Assembly (NCBI GenBank): GCA_002189035.1
Contig: NEEC01000002.1
Location: 1,178,001-1,242,000, forward strand
DNA length: 64,000 nucleotides
DNA from: Utricularia gibba
Lineage: Eukaryota > Plantae > Magnoliophyta
Reading direction: 5' to 3'
The translations under genes were made by a program, and so were the position numbers. Below are positions 11,831 to 28,173 of this stretch, one piece after another; position 1 is the stretch's first letter, and every line of letters starts with the position of its first letter. The notes under the pieces were generated by a model that made no database searches, had not been told where the DNA came from, and saw only the letters and a list, made by a program, of their open reading frames with translations.

Positions 11831-12287
11831 ATTTCATTTTTTCCTTCTCTTTTCTGCTGGGCTGGTTTACCTTAGGCTTGCCACGTGAGCCATGAATGAA
11901 AGCCCAGGAGGCCTTAGTTTGTCATTAGACTGGGTTGTTATTCAGAGTCGTCAGTGGGATGTGTTAATTGGCCCAGTGCTTTTGTCATGGTATGTGGGTC
12001 AATATTCAGAGTTCATTAATCCCCGGATTCTGGTTGCAACGGCAGACAGGAAAAAATCCCATCAGCGGACCCGAATGATGAATTGCATGAACTCAACTAC
12101 TTCATTTGAGCCCCCGACCCCCATATGCTTCAGGAGTAAACATGCAAGCACACGATTGTTTAGATCATATATAATCTATCTTACTTTCTCAATCACCAGT
12201 GCATAATAAAATACAAAGTGAAGCTAAGGTACCCGCTGCTACGAGGAGGATTAACAAAAGGCAACACAGGATGAGAGGCTATGACCA

Positions 12288-16349
<4,062 letters not shown>

Positions 16350-16545
16350 CGCTCGCGTCTCGCAAAAGCCTGGATCAGGCTCCGGAGGAAACGTCCTTGC
16401 GCACTGTATTCATCCGCGCAGAAATTTTGCTATTTCCACACCAGTAGACGCATCATCAGCTTGTACCTTGTTCACCAGATAGTGTACCTAGACTGGTTTT
16501 AGAAACAAAAGATGCGCGTGAAAGTGATTCGCCAACTGGCGTGTG

Positions 16546-16590
16546 TGGGCTGTAATGGGCTTGGGCTTCATGACCCGAAGCCCGATAACC
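16546..16590. promoter_or_regulatory. Site II cluster in NAD-ME1/FLZ divergent promoter
   Basis: TGGGCT-GTAA-TGGGCT-TGGGCT tandem copies between the two divergent start codons. Confidence 0.5.
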
Positions 16591-16946
16591 CGATCCGGTT
16601 CAGAACTAATCGACGACAAGTGTTGTTATAATGTCGCTGAATCTTAATTTTGCCATAAATACCCATTTTAAAAAATAATAATAATTGAGGAATCATGCTA
16701 TAATCGTATTATTCTGTAGTTAAATAACAGCTTTTTTTCATTTTTTTAATCGGAATTAAGTTCTCATTATTACATTATGATCCCTGTACTTCCTGTCGCG
16801 TACTTGTAGACCCCTGAACCTTTCCCTGGTTCATATTTTACTTGAGCACTGCAGTTGTAAAAATTAAAAACACAGCACCCTACGCTACACTACACTACAC
16901 CACACTGCCGAGTGCAAGTTCTCCGGTTTCGCCGGCCGTCGCCTCC

Positions 16947-17301
16947 ATGAAACCGCCGTCCGTCAGCTGCTTCCCAGCCCACCCAGAGGGTTATTTTCTG
17001 AATTCGTGCTTCCGGTGCCACAGAAAGCTCAGCCCAAAGAGTGATATCTACATGTACATGTGAGATTCCCCTCCCTTTCTCGGCAACGAGATCTGGCTTT
17101 GGATTCTGAAACAAAACACGCGATCTCATGATCTGCAGGGGGGACACGCCGTTCTGCAGCCAGGAGTGCAGGCAAGAGCAGATTGAAATGGATGAACACG
17201 CAGCCAACAGAAAGAAGAAGAAGCTACCTTCGTCGTCCTCGCCTGCCTCCGCTATCGACAAGAAGGACCCCGATCCCAAGAAATCAGTTGCGGTAGCCTG
17301 A
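16947..17301 (+). CDS. FCS-like zinc finger (FLZ/DUF581) protein
   Basis: Two exons giving FLNSCFRCHRKL...[25 protein letters not shown], the FLZ CX2CX17-19FCSX2C motif. Confidence 0.92.
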
Positions 17302-17739
17302 TGCCCAGATCTGGGCGGCCTCGGCCTGTGTTATTATTGTATTCTATGGTGCAGGATCGAGATGGTCCGGCCGTACGTCTGGTGCGGGGCTTCCGAGGAG
17401 ACGAGGCAAACAAGTGAGTGAAGTGAAGACACCCCTTTCGCTTTTCCCACCTTTGCGCTTTTTTTGGAGCAATAAAACAAAGAAGCTTCTTTTAGTAAAA
17501 CAAAAGAGAAAATCATTAGAATTAATATCTAAAAAAAGATATTGACTATTTTTTTTATTTTTTAGAATTTACGGAATTACCGTTCGATGACATCAAACTG
17601 AATCCAGAAATATCTTAGAGGAGGAATCTTGATTATGATATTATGTTGGGAAGTAAACTCCATTTACCTATCCATCCCCAGTGGCATACACGTGGCTCGT
17701 GGTGGTTTGGAGGACTTTATGTCTTTCTTTTACTCCACT

Positions 17740-19160
17740 GCAGACATCGACAAGAGGTAATGAATGAGGCGAAAATGAACCGAGACATCTTTGTTTTGCA
17801 AACAAGTCCCCCGAGTATGATCTATCCCCCAAAACGCCCTTCCATTTGCAGAGTACAGACTAAGAACACCATGAATAAATTGATACCTGCTGGTTGAGAA
17901 GTCGTTGGAACCTGAGTGGTATTCAGCTCACGGATGGTTTCATCGCCTAAGATAAAGTCAAATATTCCAACCTGGGATTTTGTCTGTTCATTCGAGTTAG
18001 GGGGGGGGGGGGTGGGGCAGAGTTTTTTCGTGCTGGGATCTGCCAAGACATTTTTTTTTTTTACTATAGAGTGCTAGGGAATCCGAGTGCAAGGATAAGA
18101 GATAGCACATGGCACCTCGTGAAGCTTGAGAATACCTGGAATCCATTCATAATAGCAGGGTATATGGATCCAAACTGCGAAGGTAATGGCCTGGATGCAT
18201 CTTCTGGAGGGGTGGAATTAAAAGAGTACATGGATATCAGTTAAAAAAAGGAACCAATCGCCACATAACATTGGTAAGACAAACAAAAAGTATTTCTAAC
18301 CTTTTATGGGAGATGCGAGAGGGGGAACCTGCAGTACCGCTCGCGAGGAATTTTTGATTATCTTTCCACACAGCGTTGCCAGAACTATTGCTAGGGAGCA
18401 GCAAAGCAGATTCTCCTGCGGGGATTTAAGAAGATGAAAAAGGGTAAACAGTTCGTTCAAGTAAACCATTAAAACTCAAGCCAAAGGCTTCAACAGTTTC
18501 CAGGATTATGAGATGATTTTCCTCTTCTTCGAAATTCAAGTGATACTACTTAAACAGATAACAAAAATACCCAAAATAAACAGCATTTCAGATTCATCCA
18601 CCCATGCTGAGTACAGCTTGAGCCTCAGCTTCAGACTCGATATTTGTGCACTTGGTTGCCATGCCCGCCTTGTGCAATGCCACCATACTTCTTAGAACTG
18701 ATGTCAAAGAGAAGAGATTGGAAAAGAGCGTAACCCAGGGAGAGAAGAGAACCAATCATCTCTCAGAGTACGGAAGAAAACAGCAGAAAGCATCCCTGTT
18801 CATCGCACCACAGGCACACATTTTGACAATACGAACTTGTAATCATTTCGAATGAGAAGTGCAAGAAACGGAAATCGAATATAAGTTACTAGCACAGCGT
18901 AGCCAATATTGCCAGAATTGGATATAGCGTATGAGGCACCGTCGCCGGCGCACTTGGCTGGTGGATTGCCTTTATCGTACGCTGATGATTCGAACCGCCA
19001 GATGGCCCGGATCGCATCTTTTTCCTGTACTGTGGCTCCTCTGACTCCTCAATTGAGTATGGTGCATAGATCCTTAAGGCCCGACGACTAGGGCAATTTC
19101 CAAAAATTACGAGCAGTATAACCACCAGCAGAAATCCACCGATCACAACAGAAAGCAACA
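17740..19160 (-). other. Unassigned spliced locus (possibly a degenerate gene)
   Basis: Good GT-AG-bounded exon-like blocks at about 18331-18418, 18135-18203 and 17887-18043 join in frame (GESALLL...GTAEDASRPLPSQFGSIYPAIMNGFQ). No complete gene model found. Confidence 0.3.
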
Positions 19161-19617
19161 ATTATCCCGCATTCCACTACTGAAATTTCACAACGAAATA
19201 AAATTCCCAATCTCAATCTCTACGTATGCAGCAAATGTACGATCCCGAATCGATCACCTATCGTCCGCAGTGGACGTTAGTGAGGATAGGGTTCCCATTG
19301 GCAGCAAACGGAAGCCATCCCAATACAGCCACCGTTCGGGAGGAAGAGGAAAATCGGACGTCTGTGCTACTAGCCGTGTAGGCATGTAGAGGAAGCTAAT
19401 TCCCTACAAAGATACCTTTTTTTTTGTTTTTTTTGTTTATAAACAAATAATGTTTATGGTTCTAGACAGCAGGCGTGTAGTGTAGCATCTACTGGGCCGG
19501 CGTCTGTTTCAGGCCCATAAACTACTTGAAACTTGAATGCAACAGCACAAATGGGCCAAGCCTCGACAAATTTATCAGGCCTCTTACATCGATTTGCCCA
19601 ACTTAGCTATCGGAACG

Positions 19618-19643
19618 GTCCGGTCCGATCCGATCCGATCCGT
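19618..19643. repeat. (TCCGA)n short tandem repeat
   Basis: cggtccggtccgatccgatccgatccg read directly. Confidence 0.8.
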
Positions 19644-21134
19644 CCCTGAACCGAAACATACGAAAAATCTTCCCTTTCAATTTTGACCCCAAAAACGAAT
19701 TAGAGCAGCTGTGCAGAGTCTATTGTGGAAACATTGGATCATATCTTTTTCGATTTTGAATACAATGGAAAATAGTAAATAAAATTATATTCTTGGTGGA
19801 AAATCACTTCATTTATGTCAATGAGATACGGTATGTTAATGATAAATCTTTCATAAAATAGCAATACGTTGCTAGCGAAACAAATGCTGTTTTTTTCTTA
19901 AAAATATTACCAGGGGAGGATCGGTACGTTTGAAACAAATCAAGATTGACAGCTATCACATGATTATTACCGAAAGAAAAGAAATTAAATAAGTGGCTGG
20001 GTGTGGGTTATTGCATTCCGACCATGGGTCATCAAGATCGGTTCTTTTTGTCGTAAAATTCCTTGGCTCATCATTGTATGCTGTACTGGGATCTGAGCCT
20101 CGGATCTCCTTTGAATATAAATCACCCAAAAAAGCTCAAAAGGCATGGTTAAGATACTGATAAAAAGAACAATATCCTGAATCATTAGCCCAACATGGGG
20201 TGGATACTGGGCATCCTTGTTCCCGGAGTTAGTCAAAGGTTGTATCTTTATATGGTAGGATGGATGGTTGCTTTCCTCTCCCTTTCTCTTTATCAATTCT
20301 TGACCTGACCCACAGACCTACTTTGTTGAACTTGAGTAGTACTGTGTAAGAAATTGTTTGTATTTGAGGTTGATGGGGATGGGGGTGTGTGTTGGTACGC
20401 TGTAACTTCATTCAAAAGGAGCTTAAATTCAAAGACTGGGGGACCAAATGTGATCTGCAAATCGAGTGTGGGAGGGATGATTAAAGAGGGAAAGGAGAAA
20501 TGTTTAGTTAATTTAAAGTAAAAGCTGCTGAATCTTCATTGCCCATGAGATCTTGGGGCTGGGGAATGATGGACTACTCCCTCTGAAAAAGATAAAAGTG
20601 AGCCCAAAATCAGGCGACACTCCCTGTGTAGCATTCGTTCTTCGTCAAAGAGGACATCAGGCTGTCGGCTCTGTTGCTGTCATTGCTGGATATCTGGGTC
20701 GCCCAAGTTTCGTCCTCTCTCATTCTCATTTTTTTGTGTGTTCCATCTGAAGAGATTATAAGAAGAGGTGATGCGAGTTAGTGTATTTTCCAGTGCTAGT
20801 TTTTCTGGGGTTCTTGTCGCGTTTTCTTAGTCTCGTGAATGTGGGTTTCGCTGGTTACTTTCGTGAGTGATTGGATCATTCTACGCCATTTCCACAATCA
20901 GGTGTTCGCTTTTACGCTTTGCTGGAGTTCTTGCCCATGATTAGGTTCTTTGAACTGCATTTTTTACAGTCAAGTTCATTGGAAATCTGGTATCAATCAA
21001 CCAATTTTAGCTGGGGTGCTGTGCTTATTACAAATGAGTAGTTATCTTGGTGTTTCTTTTTCGTTTGGTTTTCGCAGCCGACATTTTTTCTGTGTTGCAG
21101 GGAAAGCTGATAAGGGTTTGCGGTTGATTTTTGA

Positions 21135-23245
21135 ATGGAAAGGATCCCAGAATTGCGTTTGGTTGCCCACGAATCCTCGATTGCGGCGACATCGAGAAGG
21201 GCTTGCCTGAAAGCCTTTGAAATCGGGAAACCAGCAAATTCTCAACCACTGGAGCCCTTCGGGAATCCACATTCTTGGAAAGGGAAGAAGCTTTTACAGG
21301 AGGACGAAGAATGTGCTCCGAATGTTCTTTCTTATAAATTCAGTGATGATTCGTTTGAGGAATGTGGGTCTTCTTCTTTCCATGGTGTGACTCACCCCCC
21401 GAACCAGAAGACAGAGACACCATGAAACCAGTTCATGTACCCCTTGGGCATAGCAAAGGCGCAGGAAAATGTATGGCCACCCCCCGTTCCCTGAAGATTC
21501 TTCAATCCACTTGCCAGGGCCTAGAAAAATGGTTTCCCCCGTTGAAGATCCAGAACAGCTATCCACAATTTCCTCCCCCATGAAGGAATGCATATGGGAT
21601 TCTTCATTACCTCCTAGTGGCAATGTTAGCCCTTACAGCAGCATTGGCAGTAGCTGCGTTGCTAGATCCATGAGCATCGCCAATAGCAGCTGTGCTAGCA
21701 CGAGTCAAAGCGATGTGATAATGAGTGATGGCCTGCTGATGATTGACAAGAACTTCGAGTGTCGAAAAGGCAGCAGCACACTTGGGGATTCTCTTGAGAG
21801 CACAAAGACGAGCATCAGCCAAGGAAGTAACAGCAGTGCTGGTGTGAGTGATGATAGCAACTGGAGTAGCATTACAGGCGGCACAAATAAGCCCCATAAA
21901 GGAAATGATCCAAGATGGAAAGCTATACTTGTTGTTCATGCGCGTGATGGCATTTTAGGAATGAGCCATTTCAAGTTGTTGAGAAGGCTTGGGTGTGGTG
22001 ATATTGGAAGCGTGTATCTGTCTGAGCTTAGTGGGACTAAGTGTTTCTTTGCAATGAAAGTTATGGATAAAGCTTCCCTTTCTAGCAGGAACAAATTAAA
22101 CAGATCTCAGACAGAGAGAGAAATCCTACAGCTGCTGGATCATCCATTCTTGCCCACTTTGTACACTGATTTCGAAACGGACCGTTTTTCATGCTTAGTT
22201 ATGGAGTATTGTCCCGGTGGAGACCTCCACACACTCCGGCAACGACAACCGGGAAAACATTTCTCTGAGTATGCTGCAAAGTATGTGCATTGCCCTCTTT
22301 CTTTATCTTGAACTTGGATGGCTTACCAGAATAGGGAAGCGCGACTACTTCTCGTTTCACTGCTGCAGGTTTTATGCTGCTGAAGTTCTTCTGGCACTAG
22401 AATACCTTCATATGCTGGGTGTGATTTACAGAGACCTCAAACCTGAGAATGTTCTGGTTCGTGACGATGGACACATTATGCTCTCGGACTTCGATCTCTC
22501 TTTGAGATGCGCTGTTTCACCCACACTGATCCAAACTTCTGCTTCAAATCCACAAGGGGTTGCTGCATTCTGTGTAAAGCCAGCGTGCGTCGAACCAGCA
22601 TCCGTGTGCCTGCAGCCAACATGCTTCCTTCCTCGGATTCTCCCTACCAGAACCGAGAACAAGTCAAGGAAGTTCAAAGCACAGAGCAAGTTTTCTTCAG
22701 GGATCCTCCTCCCTGAGCTTGTTGCTGAACCAACTGCAGCACGTTCCATGTCATTCGTTGGGACACACGAATACTTGGCACCCGAAATCATCAAAGGAGA
22801 AGGGCATGGCAGCGCAGTGGACTGGTGGACATTTGGGATCTTCTTGCATGAGTTACTCTACGGCAAGACACCGTTCAAGGGCTCTGGGAATCGAGCAACG
22901 CTGTTCAACGTAGTCGGACAGCCGCTGAAGTTCCCAGAATCCCCGGCTACAAGCTACGCAAGTCGGGACCTGATCAGTGCACTTCTAGTGAAGGAGCCAC
23001 AGAACCGTCTCGGGGTGAAGCGCGGGGCAACTGAAATCAAACAGCACTCCTTCTTTGAGGGTGTTAACTGGGCTCTAATACGATGCAGCACCCCACCGGA
23101 GGTGCCGCCGAGGCCCGTTGAAGCCGATCTTTCGATCAAATTCCGGCCAGTAGACCTCCCCGGAACCGGGAGCCAAAGAGCAGCAGCACCCGTGGGATCT
23201 CAGCCACAGCCAGGAGGCAAGTTCCTGGACTTCGAGTTCTTTTAG
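21135..23245 (+). CDS. AGC1-3: AGCVIII Ser/Thr kinase with long N-terminal extension (AGC1-3-like, D6PK relative)
   Basis: MERIPEL..., [11 protein letters not shown][EP], [13 protein letters not shown] motif with Cys-rich insert, [14 protein letters not shown] and terminal FLDFEFF. One intron at about 22281-22368. Two apparent -1 frameshifts in C6 runs at about 21395 and 21480. Confidence 0.92.
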
Positions 23246-23264
23246 AATATGTTATCCAAGTATG

Positions 23265-23405
23265 ATTCAATTCAACACACTCAAGTTCAGTTCAGAGCCA
23301 TCTGTATCTCTCATCCCTTGTATTTGCACTACATCTGAAGTGTGATTCAGGACACTCAGGTTCAGTTCAGAGCCATCTGTATCACATCCCATGTGTTTGT
23401 ACTAG
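23265..23405. repeat. Imperfect tandem duplication (about 75-bp period) in kinase 3' UTR
   Basis: CACTCA(A/G)GTTCAGTTCAGAGCCATCTGTATC at 23278-23308 and 23353-23383, with similar flanks. Confidence 0.85.
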
Positions 23406-24573
23406 CAACAGCCTGTCGGATTCTTACCATTTTTTTTTTTCCAAAGTCTGTTCGGGCAGGGCAGGAGAACCACCACAAGGTATTAATTATTTACTAATTT
23501 ATTTAAATTAATTAATAAATAAGACAATTGTCACGTCGTTGGGGGCCCACAACGTTTTCAACGCAAATGGGTAAAATAAAATGGAGACCCGACCCGTGAA
23601 ACTGTTTGAACCAACCGCCAACTGTCAAATATTTTGAGGTAATTTTAATTAATTGGAAAAAAATGAATTATGGACGGGATTTCATTTTTTGGTGATTTTA
23701 ACTGAAAATAGTATAGTATTAAAATAGTAATTAAAGTTAATTCATTTTATTTATAGAATTTTATTATTATAGAATTTAAAATACAATTCAATTCTGGGGT
23801 TCCGTGCCATTTAAAAAGACTGGAGTATGGCAGCAGGTCCGGCCCGGGAGTAATCTTGCGTGTAATATCTCAAGGATCCGAGAGGACGTACCACTGGCAG
23901 AGCCGGCGACTCGGACGGACGTGTCGGGAAGGTTCAGCCACCGTTTCAGGGCTTGGAGCATGCAAAGATCGACGCTTGAGGAAGTATTGGGGCTAATTCT
24001 GTTGTAATTGTTCCCGCTCGGTATTGATATGGGCTTTGTTGGAGGTGGGATCCATTTGACCAGTTAATTGTTGGAAATGCGTTAGGGTTTAAGATTTGAG
24101 CTTCCTTTATCTCGTTTTCCCGTCGGTTTTCTGCGTATACGTGTTTCTGGGATGGCATCTGTGTCTGCATTTCCCCTTTGACGCGTTTTTATCAAGGCCC
24201 GTTTTGGCTCGTTTAGTTCCCCCCGCCTCTTTGATTTATGATTCGTTTCGAAGCGGCGGGTATCAAGATTTATAGACAGGGAATTAGAGAAAGTGCCTTT
24301 AAGGATGCTATTTGGGTTGACTTTTATGATTACTTGGAGTCTGATCTGTTCCTGAGATACTCTCTGTTCTTTGCTTGCATTCACAAAACTTGAATCAGAA
24401 CGCTGCCAGTATATCCACCTATCATGCACTTTATTTTATGATTTATCTTTAATTATGTTTTTTCTTTATAACTTGGCACTGACTTGTGGTTTATCCATTT
24501 TGTGATCAGCAGATAGAGTGACTTTTGGTTTGGTGATGCTTTAACAAAGTTATCGTTTTGGTAAATACTCAGA

Positions 24574-26769
24574 ATGGCTGGACAACTTTCAAAGCCGCTT
24601 AAGAAATCTTCAAAGATGCATGTATTTGAGAAATCTTCATCGAGTCCTAAAGATCAGCATGCCCAGCCGAGGAAACAACTGAGGAAAAATGATAACCCTG
24701 TTCGGATCCCTCACATTGGAGAAACTTCTGTTGAATCAAAGAATTATAAATCATGGATTTGTCAAAATTCTGCATGTAGGGCTTCTTTATCAGCTGATGA
24801 TATGTTTTGCAAGAGGTGCTCTTGTTGTATTTGTCATTCATTTGATGACAATAAGGACCCTAGTCTTTGGTTGGAATGCGTCTCAGAATCAGGTGTAGGT
24901 GATGCCTGTGGGTCGTCTTGCCACATTGAGTGTGCCCTCCAACGTCATAAGGTTGGAGTTGTTGACTTGGGACTATTAATGCAGTTGGATGGAAGTTATT
25001 GCTGTGCTTCTTGTGGAAAAGTAACAGGAGTACTAGAGTAAGCTTCATCCCATGATAATAGTTAGTATCGGCTGCCTCCTTTTTCATTACAGATGCTTAT
25101 GTTGTTTGCTGATATCCTTGATGTCATTTTAAAGTCTTCCAAGCATTTAAACTGGAAGCCGGTGGGAGAATCGAGCACGTATAAAAAAATGATTTGAGTG
25201 ACATTCTGACCACTAAAATAATTTAATGAAATTATCTCTTGTTAACTTAGTATTATGGATTATGTTTCTTAATTTTGTGCTTGTACTGTATCAGGTCTTG
25301 GAAAAAGCAGCTAGTTATTGGCAAGGATGCTCGCCGAGTTGATACGCTATGCTACAGGGTTTTCCTGAGTTACAGGCTCCTTGATGGGACTTCAAAGTTT
25401 AGTGAGCTACACGAACTTGTTAGAGAGGCTAAAGCGAAGCTGGAGACTGATGTTGGTCCAATTGATGGAGTTTCAGCCAAGATGGCCAGGGGCATAGTTA
25501 GTAGACTCACTGTGGCAGCTGATGTACAGAGGCTGTGCTCTCTTGCAGTGGAAAAAGCTGATGAACTGATGGCCTCAAATTCTATCACTCCAATGGTTTT
25601 GAATGGTAACGTATTACACTTTTTTCTTAGTTTCATGATACATCTGCTACTTTAAATTGACGTGATTGTTTAAATGATGGACAGAGAGCTCACTTCCTGC
25701 AGCCTGCAGATTTGTTTTTGAGGAAGTTACACCTTCTTCGATTGTTGTCCTATTAATTGAATTATCAACTTCTTCATGTGTTGATATTAAGGGGTACAAA
25801 ATATGGTATTGTAAGGCCAAGGAAGAGGCATACCCCAAGGAGCCTGCTTGTGTCTTTCCCAGAGATCACAGGAGAATTTGGTTGTCCAATCTACGGCCTT
25901 GTACAGAGTATTCCGTACGTGTAGTTTCTTATACTGACAGTGGCGACCTGGGACACTCTGAAGCCAAGTGCTTCACGAAGAGTGTAGAAGTACTGTGCAA
26001 AAATTTCGACTCTTTGGCAGAAAGCCCAGAAGTTGACAATTCATCAAGTGGAGGAGCCTCTGGTGCAAAGCAGCTATCAAGGACCTCTGTTGATATAGAA
26101 TCTGATTCAGGATTCAGAGTGCGTGACCTTGGCAGGATCCTGAGTCTTGCCTTATCTCAAGATCGAGGCTGTTTTGAGTCGTTTTGCAGTGGCTCAAACA
26201 GGAAATGCATCTGTGTAGCCGATACTGTAAAGCAAGAAAAAAATGAACAAAGGCGCCTTCCTGTTTCGCGTCAGCTTGACTTGAATGTAGCTTCCGTGCC
26301 CGATCTAAATGAAGAGTTCACCCCACCAGTTGAGTATGGTAATGGGTGCACTTTCGGAGATGCAGATGATGATGGTTTTTCTCATGAAGTTCAGAGGGAT
26401 CACAAATTGGTTTCTTGCCTGAAGAGGAAATGCTGCACCAGTGGAGACAAGCAGGACTCCGACAGCACCCTGACTAATGGATCCCCCCTTCAACTTCATA
26501 CCGAACCAGGATGCTTAGATGAGAACTTCGAGTACTGCATAAAAATTATTCGTTGGATGGAATGCGAGGGCTACATACAGAAGGATTTTAGAATGAAACT
26601 GCTCACATGGTTCAGCCTTAGATCCACAGTGCAGGAGCGTAGAGTTGTCAACACATTCATTCAAACGTTAATCGATGATCCAAGTTGTTTGGCAGGGCAG
26701 CTACTAGACTCATTTTCTGACATCGTTTCCAACAAGAGGCAACGAAACGGTATCAGCATTTACATATAA
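24574..26769 (+). CDS. VIL1: VIN3-like PHD finger / fibronectin III protein
   Basis: SWICQNSACRA, CKRCSCCICH.FDDNKDPSLW, SCHIECAL, DARRVDTLCYR, NLRPCTEY and the VID domain (FEYCIKIIRWMECEG...TWFSLRST.QERRVVNTFIQTL). The exact 3' end is uncertain. Confidence 0.92.
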
Positions 26770-28173
26770 ACACGCATTCTAAAAACACACACTTGAGAAA
26801 TGCACCTTGCCATATTCCTTTTCTTGATCATGATCTTGATTCTCTGTGCAGGAGCCTTCCCCCAAGTTCCCACATGCGATTCATTTGACAGATGACAAAG
26901 CAGCTAGCAGATCCTAAACCCCCCTTGGTGAAAATAGCTTCTGATTTGACTTATATCTCATTAGGCCAACCTTATTGTTTGATCTGAGATCTCTCACGCA
27001 TTGTGAAGATCTACTTAACTATTCTAGTTTAACTGATGATCCCCTTTTGATTAGCAATCGAATTCTGCAACCCGGATGGATAAATCTTTTTTTCACCCTC
27101 ATTGTATCCCCCTCCCGACTGCATGTTTTGCCTCTCCCACAGGAAGCATTGGGAGCCAGGATGTGAAAATGGTGTACAATAGTTTCATGAAAATGGTGTT
27201 CGGATGGAGAGATTTGTTGTGAGATGGAGGGGTGGGGTGCTGTAGTAAATGAAAGGCAGGTAGGGGATCTGGTGTCACTGAATGCTAGAGATACGAAGGT
27301 CATTCACTCCTCTGAAAAAAGAAGTAGACGAAGAAGAAGATGCCTTTTTCACCAGTTTTGTTTAATTGGTGGCATTCAAGATTTTCAATACAAAAATATT
27401 GAGTAGTCGGCCAGCTCCCTCACATTAACTGCAATGCGACACCTACCTCTGCCTCAGTCCCACCACATACTCATCTGCAGAACTGTACATCACTCACTCG
27501 CATGCCCTCCCTCCAGAAAAACACACACACATGCATATAGCCGATGCACCCCAGTGGCCCAACCAGCCACACCATCTCTCTCATTCTAGCCCTTATCCGA
27601 TCACCATCCACCATTCTTCTTAATCAAGTTCTGATCTTTATGAGAAACCCATCAGGAAAGGAAGCCTTTACCATTGATCCAAGGCCGCCATTAATAGAAA
27701 CAGAGCTCCAGCACCTTCACCGATTGTATACCGCCATTGTTTACACCAGAATAAGCCCAACAGAGCTGAAATGAGGATCTCACATGGGTAACAGGTGTTA
27801 CATGTAAAGGATCCGTTTCATGGCTACTGCAGTTGAGAAACCGTGGAGTTTGAATTGATCGAGGTTATTATGGCACAGTTCTGTTCACATAACCAGTTCG
27901 GGATCTCCTATTTCAGCAGAGGCATCCAAAAAGCGCGACAAGGGTGTAAATGATGAAGAAGAAGTAGGTATTCATTCCTATGGAAGAGGATGCGAGCATA
28001 TGGGGAAGATAGCAAGACTAGAATTAGTAGCAATACAAAGCAGCATTCGCGAACACGACAACAGACAGACAGATATAGATATTCAGGCAGATTAGAAACC
28101 CTAATTTCAATGCAGCATCGACAGAAGGAGATTCAACAGTTCTGCATCCACAAAGCCCTAGCTCCTACAACTC

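Noticed and set aside
18763-18846. Minus-strand ATGATT...CTGA stretch resembling a C/D snoRNA
   Set aside because: Imperfect C box, no terminal stem and no recognisable rRNA guide; expected by chance.
27544-27975. 76-aa plus ORF and a 20-aa hydrophobic minus sORF (MNTYFFFIIYTLVALFGCLC, 27913-27975)
   Set aside because: Lies between the 3' ends of VIL1 and YABBY, with no promoter evidence and no match to peptide-hormone motifs (CLE, CEP, IDA, RALF, PSK).
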